From NCBI GenBank assembly GCA_049509455.1, contig JBEKZX010000019.1, positions 1 to 31,252 of the forward strand: 31,252 bases of DNA, given 5' to 3'. The stretch is from Conexivisphaerales archaeon. Its GTDB lineage: Archaea; Thermoproteota; Nitrososphaeria; Conexivisphaerales; DTJL01. Below are positions 17,976 through 26,974 of this stretch, one piece after another. Below the pieces are notes generated by a model that had not been told where the DNA came from, did not search any database, and was given only the letters and a program-made list of their open reading frames with translations. Each line of letters starts with the position of its first letter. The first letter of the stretch is position 1. A program made the position numbers and the translations under genes.

Positions 17976-19796
17976 GTGCCAGCGAAGGTGGAGACAAAGG
18001 AGAAGGCGGAAGCTTCCGGCGTTTTCGACGACATGAAGGGGCGCTTTCAAGCACGGTTGAAAGCCCTCCGCACCATGACAAAGAGCTCGTCGGGCACAGC
18101 GGGGACCTTCGAAGCGACGACCAACTATGCCGTTCTTGAGGCGAAGTTCGACCGTGGGGTCCTCGACAGGCTCAACGAACCCAGCTTCGTGGCCATCGAA
18201 AGGGAGTCGGCCGAAGGAAAGATCTTCATGGTCTACGAGGTGTTCAACGTATCGCCCATGCACTTCCAGATGCTGGGAGCGTCGTCCAGCGTCCCCCTCC
18301 AGAACAGGGAGGAATTCCTTGACAAGGTTAGCGAAAGCTGGGACGACAGCGCGGGGACGTGGATCGACGTCAGCGCCGTGGCCACCGGCTACCGGCTCAG
18401 GGTGAACGCCGGATTTCCCACTTTTGCGAGGTCTCGCCTGATACCCCTCTACGGGTCAAGGGCCCACTTGCTTTCGGACAGGGCGGTGAGCGAACTCATC
18501 TGCGTCGACGGGGGGATGGAGATGGGTGAAATCTCGGGCTTTGACGCCGACCTGACGATCGATCCCGACGCACTCGTCCGTTACCACATAGGCATTTTCG
18601 GCTTCATTGGCTCCGGAAAGTCCAACCTGACGGCAAACCTCCTTCGCAGACTGATGAAGCAGAATCCTACAATGAAGGTCTGTGTAATGGACGTAACGGG
18701 TGAATACGCCGTCCACCTTGTGGACATGCTGGAATCCAGCCAGCTATTCACGACGGAAGACTTCGGCGATGACATCGACATCTTCGCCCAATCGCAGGTC
18801 CTCCCGGAGACGCTCGAAAAGAAACTCGTTGGCGACGAGTGGGTTTCTGAGGTCTTCAGGAAGCTCCATTCTGAAGGCCGCATCAAGGTGGTCGAGCTCG
18901 CGGAGCTGGGCCGTCCTTGCAACCTCGAAAAGGTGTACGAAATCGTCTCTATCATAGCGAATGACAGGAAGTCAGGCCACCTTGCAGCTGAGAAGGTCCT
19001 CGACGAGCTCCAGCAGCACTTTGCAGGGAGGGGACTGTCGAGTAAGACTGAGCTTTCCAAGCTGGCCAAGGAAGAGGTCGACTTCGTTGTGAAGGAGCTC
19101 ACCTCGTTGAAGAGGAAGGTGCACCAGATGTCGGGCTCCGTCAAAGACATCGACGAAGCTATAGAAATTGTGCTGGCCTTAGGGACGGAGAAGAAGCCGG
19201 AGACCCGCGGTACTCCCGAAGACATCGCTTACCAGTTCCTGACGGGGAGGGACAGGCTTTTCATCGTATACGCGCCCGACCCGGAGGACGCGAGGGTGAC
19301 CGCGACGAGGTTCCTAGACCGGCTCCTCTACCTCAAGAAGGTGACCAGCCTCAGGCAGAAGGTCCTCGTGGTCTTGGACGAAGCACAGGAGTTCGCGCCG
19401 GCCGAGCCAAGAAGCAGCGCCATAGATTCCAGCAGGGCGGTCGAGGCGCTGCTGCGGCAGGGGAGGAAGTACCGGGCGTACGCGTTGATGAGTACCCAGA
19501 GGGTCGCCAGGATGAACACGAACGCCCTCCAGCAGCTCCATAGCTACTTCGTGGGCACCCTCCCCCGAAACTACGACAGGATGGTGATAGCGGAGTCCTT
19601 TGGTCTCGACTACAGCGTCCTCGACAAGACGTCTCAGCTCCCGACCGGCGAATGGCTCTTCGTTTCCTACAAAGCAACGCATCAGCGGAATGTCCCCGTG
19701 TTCATCAAGACCAATAATAACGAAGATGTTGTATTCGACTTTGTGAGAGAATGGCGAAGAACTAGTCAAGGCGGACAGCGAGGTTCACATTCGTGA
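17976..19796 (+). CDS. HerA-like (DUF87) FtsK/HerA ATPase with N-terminal HAS-barrel-like region
   Basis: HIGIFGFIGSGKSN Walker A, VVLDEAQ Walker B, RQGRKY and TQR motifs; own TATA (TTTTATAT 17941-17948). Confidence 0.87.
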   Translation: MPAKVETKEKAEASGVFDDMKGRFQARLKALRTMTKSSSGTAGTFEATTNYAVLEAKFDRGVLDRLNEPSFVAIERESAEGKIFMVYEVFNVSPMHFQMLGASSSVPLQNREEFLDKVSESWDDSAGTWIDVSAVATGYRLRVNAGFPTFARSRLIPLYGSRAHLLSDRAVSELICVDGGMEMGEISGFDADLTIDPDALVRYHIGIFGFIGSGKSNLTANLLRRLMKQNPTMKVCVMDVTGEYAVHLVDMLESSQLFTTEDFGDDIDIFAQSQVLPETLEKKLVGDEWVSEVFRKLHSEGRIKVVELAELGRPCNLEKVYEIVSIIANDRKSGHLAAEKVLDELQQHFAGRGLSSKTELSKLAKEEVDFVVKELTSLKRKVHQMSGSVKDIDEAIEIVLALGTEKKPETRGTPEDIAYQFLTGRDRLFIVYAPDPEDARVTATRFLDRLLYLKKVTSLRQKVLVVLDEAQEFAPAEPRSSAIDSSRAVEALLRQGRKYRAYALMSTQRVARMNTNALQQLHSYFVGTLPRNYDRMVIAESFGLDYSVLDKTSQLPTGEWLFVSYKATHQRNVPVFIKTNNNEDVVFDFVREWRRTSQGGQRGSHS

Positions 19797-20160
19797 CAAG
19801 CGGCACCAAATCATGCCCTACCGGTCCCTCGCTGACGATGGAAAGGTCACGCTGGACCCGAAGCGCCATGGACCTGCCGGCCGGGACGCAGTCATGCACG
19901 AACATGGTAGGCACTTCTAAGGTAACGCATTGCCATTCCACCTTTCCTCCCGCCCGGCAGATCAAGAGATATCTGTCTTGACCCTCAGCGGTCGGATGGA
20001 AGCCGAAACCGCTCAAGGGCTCGAACCCGGGTTTCTTGACGATGATGTCGCTGGCCTTGCATTTCACGCAACTGAAGACGTCGACCACGCCGTCCAACCC
20101 CTCGCGGCGGTAGACTTGGACGGCGCCGGCGAAGACAAATTCATGCTCGCACAAGGCCAA
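19762..20160 (-). CDS. hypothetical protein with putative Zn site
   Basis: CEHEF...CVKC N-terminal motif; TATA-like CTTATATC about 33 nt upstream; 3' end overlaps the HerA-like gene by 35 bp. Confidence 0.6.
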   Translation of the reverse strand: MALCEHEFVFAGAVQVYRREGLDGVVDVFSCVKCKASDIIVKKPGFEPLSGFGFHPTAEGQDRYLLICRAGGKVEWQCVTLEVPTMFVHDCVPAGRSMALRVQRDLSIVSEGPVGHDLVPLVTNVNLAVRLD

Positions 20161-20414
20161 GCTCGCCTGCCGTCCCTAGGCTCAATTCTTCGATATAAGC
20201 CTAGACACGCAGACATGCCTCGTAGTTCGGTCCAGAGAGTCTGCCAGAGGGCCATCGATGCCGCCGCGACCCCCAGCCGGGACGAACCAGATCAGGTCTG
20301 GACGCCGGCCGTCGCCGTCGCAGGAGGAACTTCGAGATGGAACTTCGACGTACCGCCTGAATGAACGCTTAAAGCCCTGCAGGGCAAGAAGCTAGTCAAA
20401 GGGAGAGAGGACTC

Positions 20415-21545
20415 ATGAAGCGCAGGCTCCAGTACTTCCACGATGGAAAGAGCCTTTACGACGACTTCTTCCTCAACTTCCTGAAGAATCACTACGACGT
20501 CGTCTTTTCGACCTTCAGTCGGTCAGGTGCTGAGAGGATTAGAGAGGGTGTGGGCGTCAAGGTGAAGGTCATGGAGGACTTCCCCCTCGAGATGGGGGAG
20601 CACGACACGATCAGGAGGCTGGCGCTCACTCCTCTTCGGGTTCCGTTCTTCGCGGCGGAGGTGAGGGAGGTCGACCCCGACGTCGTCCTCGCCTGCTGGG
20701 CCACCACCTATGGCTTCTACGCCGCAGCTTCGAGGATTCGTCCGTATGGTCTCATGGTATGGGGATCAGACGTGCTCATCCAGCCGAGGTATCCCCCCGT
20801 CAAGGCCTTTGCGATCATTGCCCTCAAGTCCGCTCGGCGCGTCTTCCTGGACAGCGACGTGCAAGCAGCTGCGGCAGCCTCACTAGGATGCCCTCGGCGT
20901 TCCATCGTCCAGTTCCCGTGGATGGACCTTTCTGCAGAGTTGAACTTCACGGCGAGCAGGAAGGCGTTCAGAGAAAGGCTGCGAGCGCGGGAAGATGACG
21001 TCGTGGTGATGTGGAACCGGCGCCATGATTGGGTTTACGCCCCAGAGGTCTACATAAGGGCCGCCTCCATCGTCGTGAAGGAAGAGCCCCACACCGTTTT
21101 CGCCATGGCGGGCCAGGGGAGGCTCACCCCCTCCGTCAAAGCACTGGTGAAATCCCTAGGCATGGAGGAGAACTTCAGGCTGCTCGGGTGGGTGGAAAAG
21201 GACCTCCTCATGCAGTACACGGCGGCCTCGGACATCTACGTCACAACATCTATCTCCGACGGAACCTCCGCCAGCCTGCTGGAGGCGATGGCCCTCGGGC
21301 TCCCCGTCGTAGCCTCCAGTATCCCAGGCAACACCCAATGGGTGAAGGACGGTGCTAACGGGATGACCTTTGCCAAGGATGATTCCGAGACCCTCGCCAA
21401 GGCGTTGCTCGAACTGATCAGGAACCGGCAGGAGAGGCGCCGCCTCGGCGCAAGGGCGAAGCAGACGGTTGAGAAGGGAGCCGACTGGCAAAAGAGCTCG
21501 GCGCTCTTCCTGGATTCGCTTGAAACGATCCAGCGATACCGCTAG
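20415..21545 (+). CDS. GT4 (GT-B) glycosyltransferase
   Basis: SDIYVTTSISDGTSASLLEAMALGLPVVASSIPG signature. Confidence 0.92.
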   Translation: MKRRLQYFHDGKSLYDDFFLNFLKNHYDVVFSTFSRSGAERIREGVGVKVKVMEDFPLEMGEHDTIRRLALTPLRVPFFAAEVREVDPDVVLACWATTYGFYAAASRIRPYGLMVWGSDVLIQPRYPPVKAFAIIALKSARRVFLDSDVQAAAAASLGCPRRSIVQFPWMDLSAELNFTASRKAFRERLRAREDDVVVMWNRRHDWVYAPEVYIRAASIVVKEEPHTVFAMAGQGRLTPSVKALVKSLGMEENFRLLGWVEKDLLMQYTAASDIYVTTSISDGTSASLLEAMALGLPVVASSIPGNTQWVKDGANGMTFAKDDSETLAKALLELIRNRQERRRLGARAKQTVEKGADWQKSSALFLDSLETIQRYR

Positions 21546-21550
21546 CCGGT

Positions 21551-21575
21551 ACCCTTATAGAGCAACCGAAAAGAA
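21551..21575 (+). promoter_or_regulatory. promoter core of the DegT aminotransferase gene (near-identical to 15472-15498)
   Basis: ACCCTTATAGAGCAACCGAAAAGAA; TATA about 26 nt before ATG 21586. Confidence 0.55.
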
Positions 21576-21585
21576 CCCACACTCT

Positions 21586-22713
21586 ATGAGCTTTTCAATT
21601 CCTCCGGTGAAGCCCTACTTTCCACAGGAAGACATCGACCAGATCACGGCCGACGTCGAAACCATCCTGAAATCGGGCATGCTCACATTGGGGGTCTACA
21701 CGAAGAAGTTTGAGGAGGAATACGCCAAGCTTCATGGAGTCAAGCACGCCATAGCTGTGAACTCCGGCACCAGCGCCATCGAGGTCGCGCTCAGAAGCAT
21801 CAAACTCAACCCCGGAGACGAAGTCATCGTCCCCACCAACACATTCACAGCCACGGCGGCGGCAGTCTTCTTCGCCGGCGGGAAACCCGTCCTGGCCGAC
21901 GTGAACCCGGAGACTCTCGCCCTGGACCTCCAGACAGTCACCCCGAAGCTTTCCAGCAAGACGCGAGGGATCTTGATGGTCCACATCGGCGGGCTGGTGT
22001 CGCCCGATACGCCCGAGCTCGCCAAGCTGGCGAAGGACAGCAAGATGTTCTTGGTGGAGGACGCTGCGCACGCCCACGGCTCAAGCTATCAGGGTATCAA
22101 GGCCGGCTCCTTCGGAGACGCCGGGGCGTTCAGCTTCTACCCCACCAAGGTGATGACCACGGGTGAAGGAGGGATGATAACCACCAACGACGACGGCATT
22201 GACAACCGTTCCAGAGTCTTGAGGGACCAGGGGAAGGAGAGCTTCAACAGCAACACGATCATCGAGTTGGGATACAACTGGCGCTTGAACGAAATAAGCG
22301 CCGCCATCGGCATTTCGCAGCTGCGGCGCCTCGAGTGGATGATTGCCGTAAGAAACAATCTGGCAGCGATCTACGACGGAGGGCTGTCCAAGGTGAGCGG
22401 CATCAAACCACAGAAGCGCTTCGAGCGCAGCGTGAACAACTACTACAAGTATACGGCCATGCTCGAAAGGGGGATCGACCGCGACGCCTTCAAGCTGAAG
22501 CTTCGTGAGAAGGGGGTCAAGTGCGGAGGAGAGGTCTACTCCCCGCCGCTGCACCTCCAGCCCGTCTACCAGAGGGAGCTCGGCGTCAAGGCCGGCGATT
22601 TCCCGGTGGCCGAGGACGTATGCTCCAGGATGTTGGAGCTTCCCATGTTCACAGCCCTCAAGGAGGAAGAGGCACACTACGTCGTTGACACCATCCAGCA
22701 GGTGCTGGCCTGA
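21586..22713 (+). CDS. DegT/DnrJ/EryC1/StrS family PLP sugar aminotransferase
   Basis: NSGTSA, PTNTFTATA, EDAAHAHG, SFYPTKVMTTGEGG (PLP Lys) and GYNWRLNEISAAIG. Confidence 0.94.
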   Translation: MSFSIPPVKPYFPQEDIDQITADVETILKSGMLTLGVYTKKFEEEYAKLHGVKHAIAVNSGTSAIEVALRSIKLNPGDEVIVPTNTFTATAAAVFFAGGKPVLADVNPETLALDLQTVTPKLSSKTRGILMVHIGGLVSPDTPELAKLAKDSKMFLVEDAAHAHGSSYQGIKAGSFGDAGAFSFYPTKVMTTGEGGMITTNDDGIDNRSRVLRDQGKESFNSNTIIELGYNWRLNEISAAIGISQLRRLEWMIAVRNNLAAIYDGGLSKVSGIKPQKRFERSVNNYYKYTAMLERGIDRDAFKLKLREKGVKCGGEVYSPPLHLQPVYQRELGVKAGDFPVAEDVCSRMLELPMFTALKEEEAHYVVDTIQQVLA

Positions 22714-22730
22714 GGCAGAGTGATAAGGGA

Positions 22731-23627
22731 TTGGTCGTTCTAGTGACGGGTGGATCGGGCTTCATCGGCAGCCACGTCGTGGACAAGCTGAAGGAGAAGA
22801 AGTACGATGTCCGGGTCTTTGACAAGGCTAGGCCCCTCCGCGACGATGTCGAATGGGCCAACGGCGACCTCCTCAACAAGGAGGACTTGCTGAACGCCAT
22901 GACGGACGCTGACTACGTGCTCCACTTGGCGGCAGTGGCCGACGTAAACGTCGCGTTGCAGTCTCCCGAGCTGTGCGTGGAGGTGAACGAAGTGGGAACT
23001 GTCAACCTATTGAAGGCAGCCACGGCTAAGGAGGTGGACAGGGTCATACTCGCTTCCTCGACGTGGGTCTATGGAAGGGCCGAGGGTGAGGTCACTGAAG
23101 ACCACCCGTTGCCGGCACCCGACAGCATCTACACGAAGACCAAGATTGGGCAGGAGCATCTCCTCCAGGCCTGGAACAAGGTCTACGGGATGCCCTTCAC
23201 GATCCTCCGCTACGACATCCCCTACGGTCCCCGGATGAGGGGGAACATGGCTATCTCCGCTTTCGCGAGAAGGGCCCTGAGGGGAGAGGCCATCACCCTG
23301 TTCGGCGACGGCAGCCAGGGGAGGTGTTTCATTCATGTGGCGGACCTGGCGGACGGAAACGTCGACTCTCTCAAGGAGAAGGGCAAGAACCAGATATTCA
23401 ACCTGGCCGGCGGCCGGTTCGTCACGATACTCGACATCGTCAACAACCTGAACAAGCTGCTGGGGAAGGTGAACGTGGAGCACCAAGCCCCCAGGCCCGG
23501 CGACTTCAAAGGAGTCCGAATCAACATCGACAAGGCTAGGTCGCTCCTCGAATGGACCCCCAAGACGCCGTTCGAAAAGGGTCTCGCCGAGTACGTGGCG
23601 CTCGTCAAGGCCCAGCAGCCCCTATAG
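22731..23627 (+). CDS. NAD-dependent epimerase/dehydratase (extended SDR)
   Basis: VTGGSGFIG, HLAA, ASS, YTKTK (YxxxK), YGPR and FIHVADLA. Confidence 0.92.
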   Translation: MVVLVTGGSGFIGSHVVDKLKEKKYDVRVFDKARPLRDDVEWANGDLLNKEDLLNAMTDADYVLHLAAVADVNVALQSPELCVEVNEVGTVNLLKAATAKEVDRVILASSTWVYGRAEGEVTEDHPLPAPDSIYTKTKIGQEHLLQAWNKVYGMPFTILRYDIPYGPRMRGNMAISAFARRALRGEAITLFGDGSQGRCFIHVADLADGNVDSLKEKGKNQIFNLAGGRFVTILDIVNNLNKLLGKVNVEHQAPRPGDFKGVRINIDKARSLLEWTPKTPFEKGLAEYVALVKAQQPL

Positions 23628-23740
23628 GCGGCTTTCTTCTCATCATCTTTGGTTATAGCGTAAGCCAAGGCGCAGGTGGAAGGTCTCCTCCTAGGCCAGG
23701 AGTTCAGCTAATATACACCGCCGTCTATTCCAGCTGGCGA

Positions 23741-24673
23741 ATGAAGGTCCGGGTCTCCGACGCGACGGCGGTGGTCCTGGGTCTTGCGAGGGGCAAGGTC
23801 GACGTTCCTCTCAGGACTGCCTATTTTATGACGTACAGCACTCTCGTCGGCGGGAAGTGTCTAGCGGACTGCAGCTTCTGCACTCTTGCCACCTCTTCGA
23901 CTTCCTCGCCCGACTACCTGTCGAGGGTGCGGTGGACACCATGCGAATTGGAGGTCGTAGCGGCGGCGCTGCGGAAAAACGCGGACATCAGGAGGGCCTG
24001 CCTGCAGGTCGTCAACTATCCCGGCTTCCTTCAGGACTCGCTCGCGTTCCTTGAGGCCCTGAACCGTTCGATGCCTGTCTCGGTCTCGGTCATGCCCATC
24101 GGCAGGGAGAACTTCACCAGGCTGAAAAAGCTGGGGGCGGACAGGGTTGCTGTGCCCATGGACGCCGGCACCCCGGAGCTCTTCAGGAAGCACAAGGGGA
24201 GGGGCGGCTTCTACGATTGGGAAAGACATGTGAACTCCATCCGCGAGGCCGTCGAAGTCTTCGGCCCCGGCAACGTCTACACCTACTTGATCGTGGGGCT
24301 GGGAGAGAATGACGAAGAGGCGGTCCGCTTCCTGTTGGATTTCAGGGAGATGGGCGCCAATGTGGCGCTCCACTCCTTCACGGAAGTCTCCGGCCTGAAC
24401 ATTACTGGAGCCAGCACCCCCGCCTTGGAGAGATACAGGGGCATTCAGCTGGCGAGGTACTTGGTTTTCGAGCGCAGAGCGACAATCTCCAGCTTCGAGT
24501 TCGTGGATGGCAAGCTCTCGCGCTTCCTGGGATACACGGATTTGGAGGCCATCGGCAAGAGCGAGGAACCGTACCTTACTACAGGCTGCCCTGACTGCAG
24601 CAGGCCGTTCTACAACGAGAGAGTGCGAGGGCCGCTCTATAACCTCCCCTCGCAGCGAGTGAGAGAATCATGA
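23741..24673 (+). CDS. lipS2: radical SAM protein, LipS2-type archaeal lipoyl synthase subunit (biotin-synthase-related, COG2516-like)
   Basis: CLADCSFC radical SAM motif; C-terminal TTGCPDCSRPFYNE matches the TxGCPxC(N/D)RP LipS2 signature except one residue; translationally coupled to lplA. Confidence 0.78.
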   Translation: MKVRVSDATAVVLGLARGKVDVPLRTAYFMTYSTLVGGKCLADCSFCTLATSSTSSPDYLSRVRWTPCELEVVAAALRKNADIRRACLQVVNYPGFLQDSLAFLEALNRSMPVSVSVMPIGRENFTRLKKLGADRVAVPMDAGTPELFRKHKGRGGFYDWERHVNSIREAVEVFGPGNVYTYLIVGLGENDEEAVRFLLDFREMGANVALHSFTEVSGLNITGASTPALERYRGIQLARYLVFERRATISSFEFVDGKLSRFLGYTDLEAIGKSEEPYLTTGCPDCSRPFYNERVRGPLYNLPSQRVRES

Positions 24674-25431
24674 AGGAGTGGCGGCTCGTTCGAGATGGGA
24701 AGGCCGACGCTTTCCGGAACATGGGGACCGACGAGGCCATCCTGGATGCGGTGGGCGCCGGCAAGGCCCCCCCGACCTTCAGACTCTACACATGGAGGCC
24801 TTCAGCCGTCAGCATCGGGCGATTCCAGGCGTTTGATGAGGTCGTCGACGCTAGCGCTTGCCGGGAGCTGGGGATAGACATCGTTCGGCGCATCAGCGGT
24901 GGAGGGAGCGTTTTTCATGACGAAAAGGGAGAGGTCACTTACAGCATGGTCGTCCGCGAAGAGGACATCCCGGCCCATGACGTAATCGATTCCTTCAAGT
25001 ATCTCCTCGGGACTGTCGTCGTGACCCTGAAGGCACTGGGCCTCCGGGCGGAGTTCGCGCCCATCAATGACGTCGTCGTCAGGGGAAAGAAGATCAGCGG
25101 GTCAGCCCAGGTGAGGAGGAATGGAACCGTCCTCCAGCATGGAACGGTCCTGATGAATATGGAAAAGGAGGTTGCCTTCAAGGTCTTGCGGGTCCCCCGC
25201 CTTAAGGTAGAAGAGAGGGGGCTGCCGGGGCCGGCTGAAAGGGTTACGACGCTGGCTGCCGAAGGAGTTCATATCGACGCTTCCTCCCTGTATCAGGAGC
25301 TCGTGGTCGGATTCTCAGCGGCGACAGGGGCCGAGCTCAGGAATGGAAGAATTTCCGAAGAGGAGCTGGAAGCGGCCAAGGCGTATGCGCGGCGACGCTA
25401 CGCGGACCCGGCGTGGCTGGAGAGCAGGTGA
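24670..25431 (+). CDS. lplA: lipoate/octanoate-protein ligase catalytic subunit
   Basis: RRISGGGSVFHD, INDVVVRGKKISGSAQ and LQHGTVL; lacks the C-terminal domain. Confidence 0.92.
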   Translation: MKEWRLVRDGKADAFRNMGTDEAILDAVGAGKAPPTFRLYTWRPSAVSIGRFQAFDEVVDASACRELGIDIVRRISGGGSVFHDEKGEVTYSMVVREEDIPAHDVIDSFKYLLGTVVVTLKALGLRAEFAPINDVVVRGKKISGSAQVRRNGTVLQHGTVLMNMEKEVAFKVLRVPRLKVEERGLPGPAERVTTLAAEGVHIDASSLYQELVVGFSAATGAELRNGRISEEELEAAKAYARRRYADPAWLESR

Positions 25432-25718
25432 CACATTTGGGGAGGGTGACCAAGAAGGAGGAGGATGGGAAGCTCTACGCGGTCGATGTGAAGTGCGAGG
25501 GGCAGAGGATCGAGTCGGTGAAGATATCCGGCGAGTTCTTTGCCAACCCTGAGGGGCTCATCGAATCGATGGAGGAATCTCTCAGGGGCATCCGCCTCGA
25601 CAAGATGTTCGTCATGCAGGCCATCGCCGGCGCCCTCTTCTACTCCAAGGGGACGCTGGTAGGGATCCGCGCCTCTGACCTTGTGGAGGCCATCGTCGAG
25701 GCCGGCGGGAAGCCCTAG
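25428..25718 (+). CDS. lplB: lipoate-protein ligase accessory (C-terminal domain) subunit
   Basis: GKLYAVDVKC...IESVKISGEFFANPEGLIESMEESLRG; GTGA overlap with the lplA stop. Confidence 0.8.
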   Translation: MTHLGRVTKKEEDGKLYAVDVKCEGQRIESVKISGEFFANPEGLIESMEESLRGIRLDKMFVMQAIAGALFYSKGTLVGIRASDLVEAIVEAGGKP

Positions 25719-25793
25719 GCTTCGGCTCTTCGAATCGTCGGTTCGCTTCAAAGAGATAAATAAGTGTTGTGCACTGCGGAGGAACGGTCATCG

Positions 25794-26622
25794 ATGGCAG
25801 TATCTTGGAACAGGACCGGGAGATCCTTCGACAACGTCCTGGACGCGATTGGCAGAACGCCGCTCGTTATGCTTGGGCATATCCCCCGTTCGGAGGGCGT
25901 CAAGCCCAGCATCTTCGCCAAGTTGGAGTTCATGAACCCCACGGGTAGCCTCAAGGACAGGATATACCATAAAATGATCGTCGAGGCCATAAAGAGGAAG
26001 GAACTCAGGCCCGGAATGGAGATCCTCGAATCTAGCACAGGGAACGCCGGCATCGCCTGCGTCTTCGTGGGGCGCGCTATAGGCTACAAGGTCACGATCG
26101 TCATGCCCGAAGGGATGAGCGTGGAGAGGAGAAAGATTATGAAAGCTCTAGGAGGAGACGTGATCACCACCCCTGGAGGCGAGAGTGACGTGGACCTCTG
26201 CCTTGCCAAGATAGAGACCATGTGCAGAGAGAACCCGTCGAAGTACTGGTTCCCCAACCAGTTCTCCAACCCTGACAACCCTCAAGCCCACTACGAGACT
26301 ACCGGACCCGAAATCTGGGAGCAAACCTCCGGAGGCGTGGACGCGGTGGTGCTGACTCAGGGGACTGGAGGAGCCGTCACGGGAATCGGACGCTATCTCA
26401 GAGAGAAGAACCCCAGCGTCAGGCTATACGCCGCCGAGCCCTCCGAAGCTCCCTTGCTGGCCGACCGGAAGTGGGGGACTCACTCAATCGATGAGGTACT
26501 TCTCCACCGACCTCTTCGACGTCAAGAAGGAGGTAGACGTCCCGGAAAGGGAGCACCCCATGGACAGCTACACCAAAGGGCAGCTCGACGCCTACCAAGG
26601 CCGTTGGGAGACTATTCGTTAG
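25794..26622 (+). pseudogene. cysK: cysteine synthase (CysK/CysM-type PLP enzyme) with internal deletion and frameshift
   Basis: IGRTPLV, NPTGSLKDR, SSTGNAG, NQFSNPDNPQAHYETTGPEIW and QGTGG are intact. After WGTHSI the GIG/SSG-containing block is missing, and the C-terminus (MRYFSTDLF...WETIR*) is in another frame at 26491-26622. Confidence 0.82.
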
Positions 26623-26974
26623 GCTTACGCGGTTGCAACGTCGGGGCACCATCATCCGCGCCTTGATATGCGATGTAGCTCCGGGGGACCCTGTCCGCAA
26701 CTGGAGGGAGAAGCCTGACGCCATCTCGTTCCAGAGACTTTAGGTCCCGACCTGCTTGCTGGGTTTGCGGCAGACGCTTATCCGACGGTCACGGTACGGC
26801 CCTCCCCTGGCCTTGACGAGGGTTGTTACGACCGGCCGGGCGAAGAGGGCCCAGTGGAGCTGAGCGAGCGACCACGGGAATCGACGGGAAGCGAACGGGA
26901 AGCGAGTCCCTCCGCTCGCCCTCGATGTTTGAAACAGAGAAAAGACGAATCCGCCGAACAATGTTTGTTGACGG

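Noticed and set aside
20200-20400. 49-aa + strand ORF from about 20210 and an open minus-strand frame
   Set aside because: No SD, motif or codon support; the interval is explained as divergent promoters.
26875-26905. Three near-tandem CGGGAAGCGA-like units
   Set aside because: Too short and irregular for CRISPR or iterons; no associated genes.
26623-26974. Possible small ORFs or RNA between cysK and gdhA
   Set aside because: Several short frames on both strands, none with a convincing start, promoter or motif.
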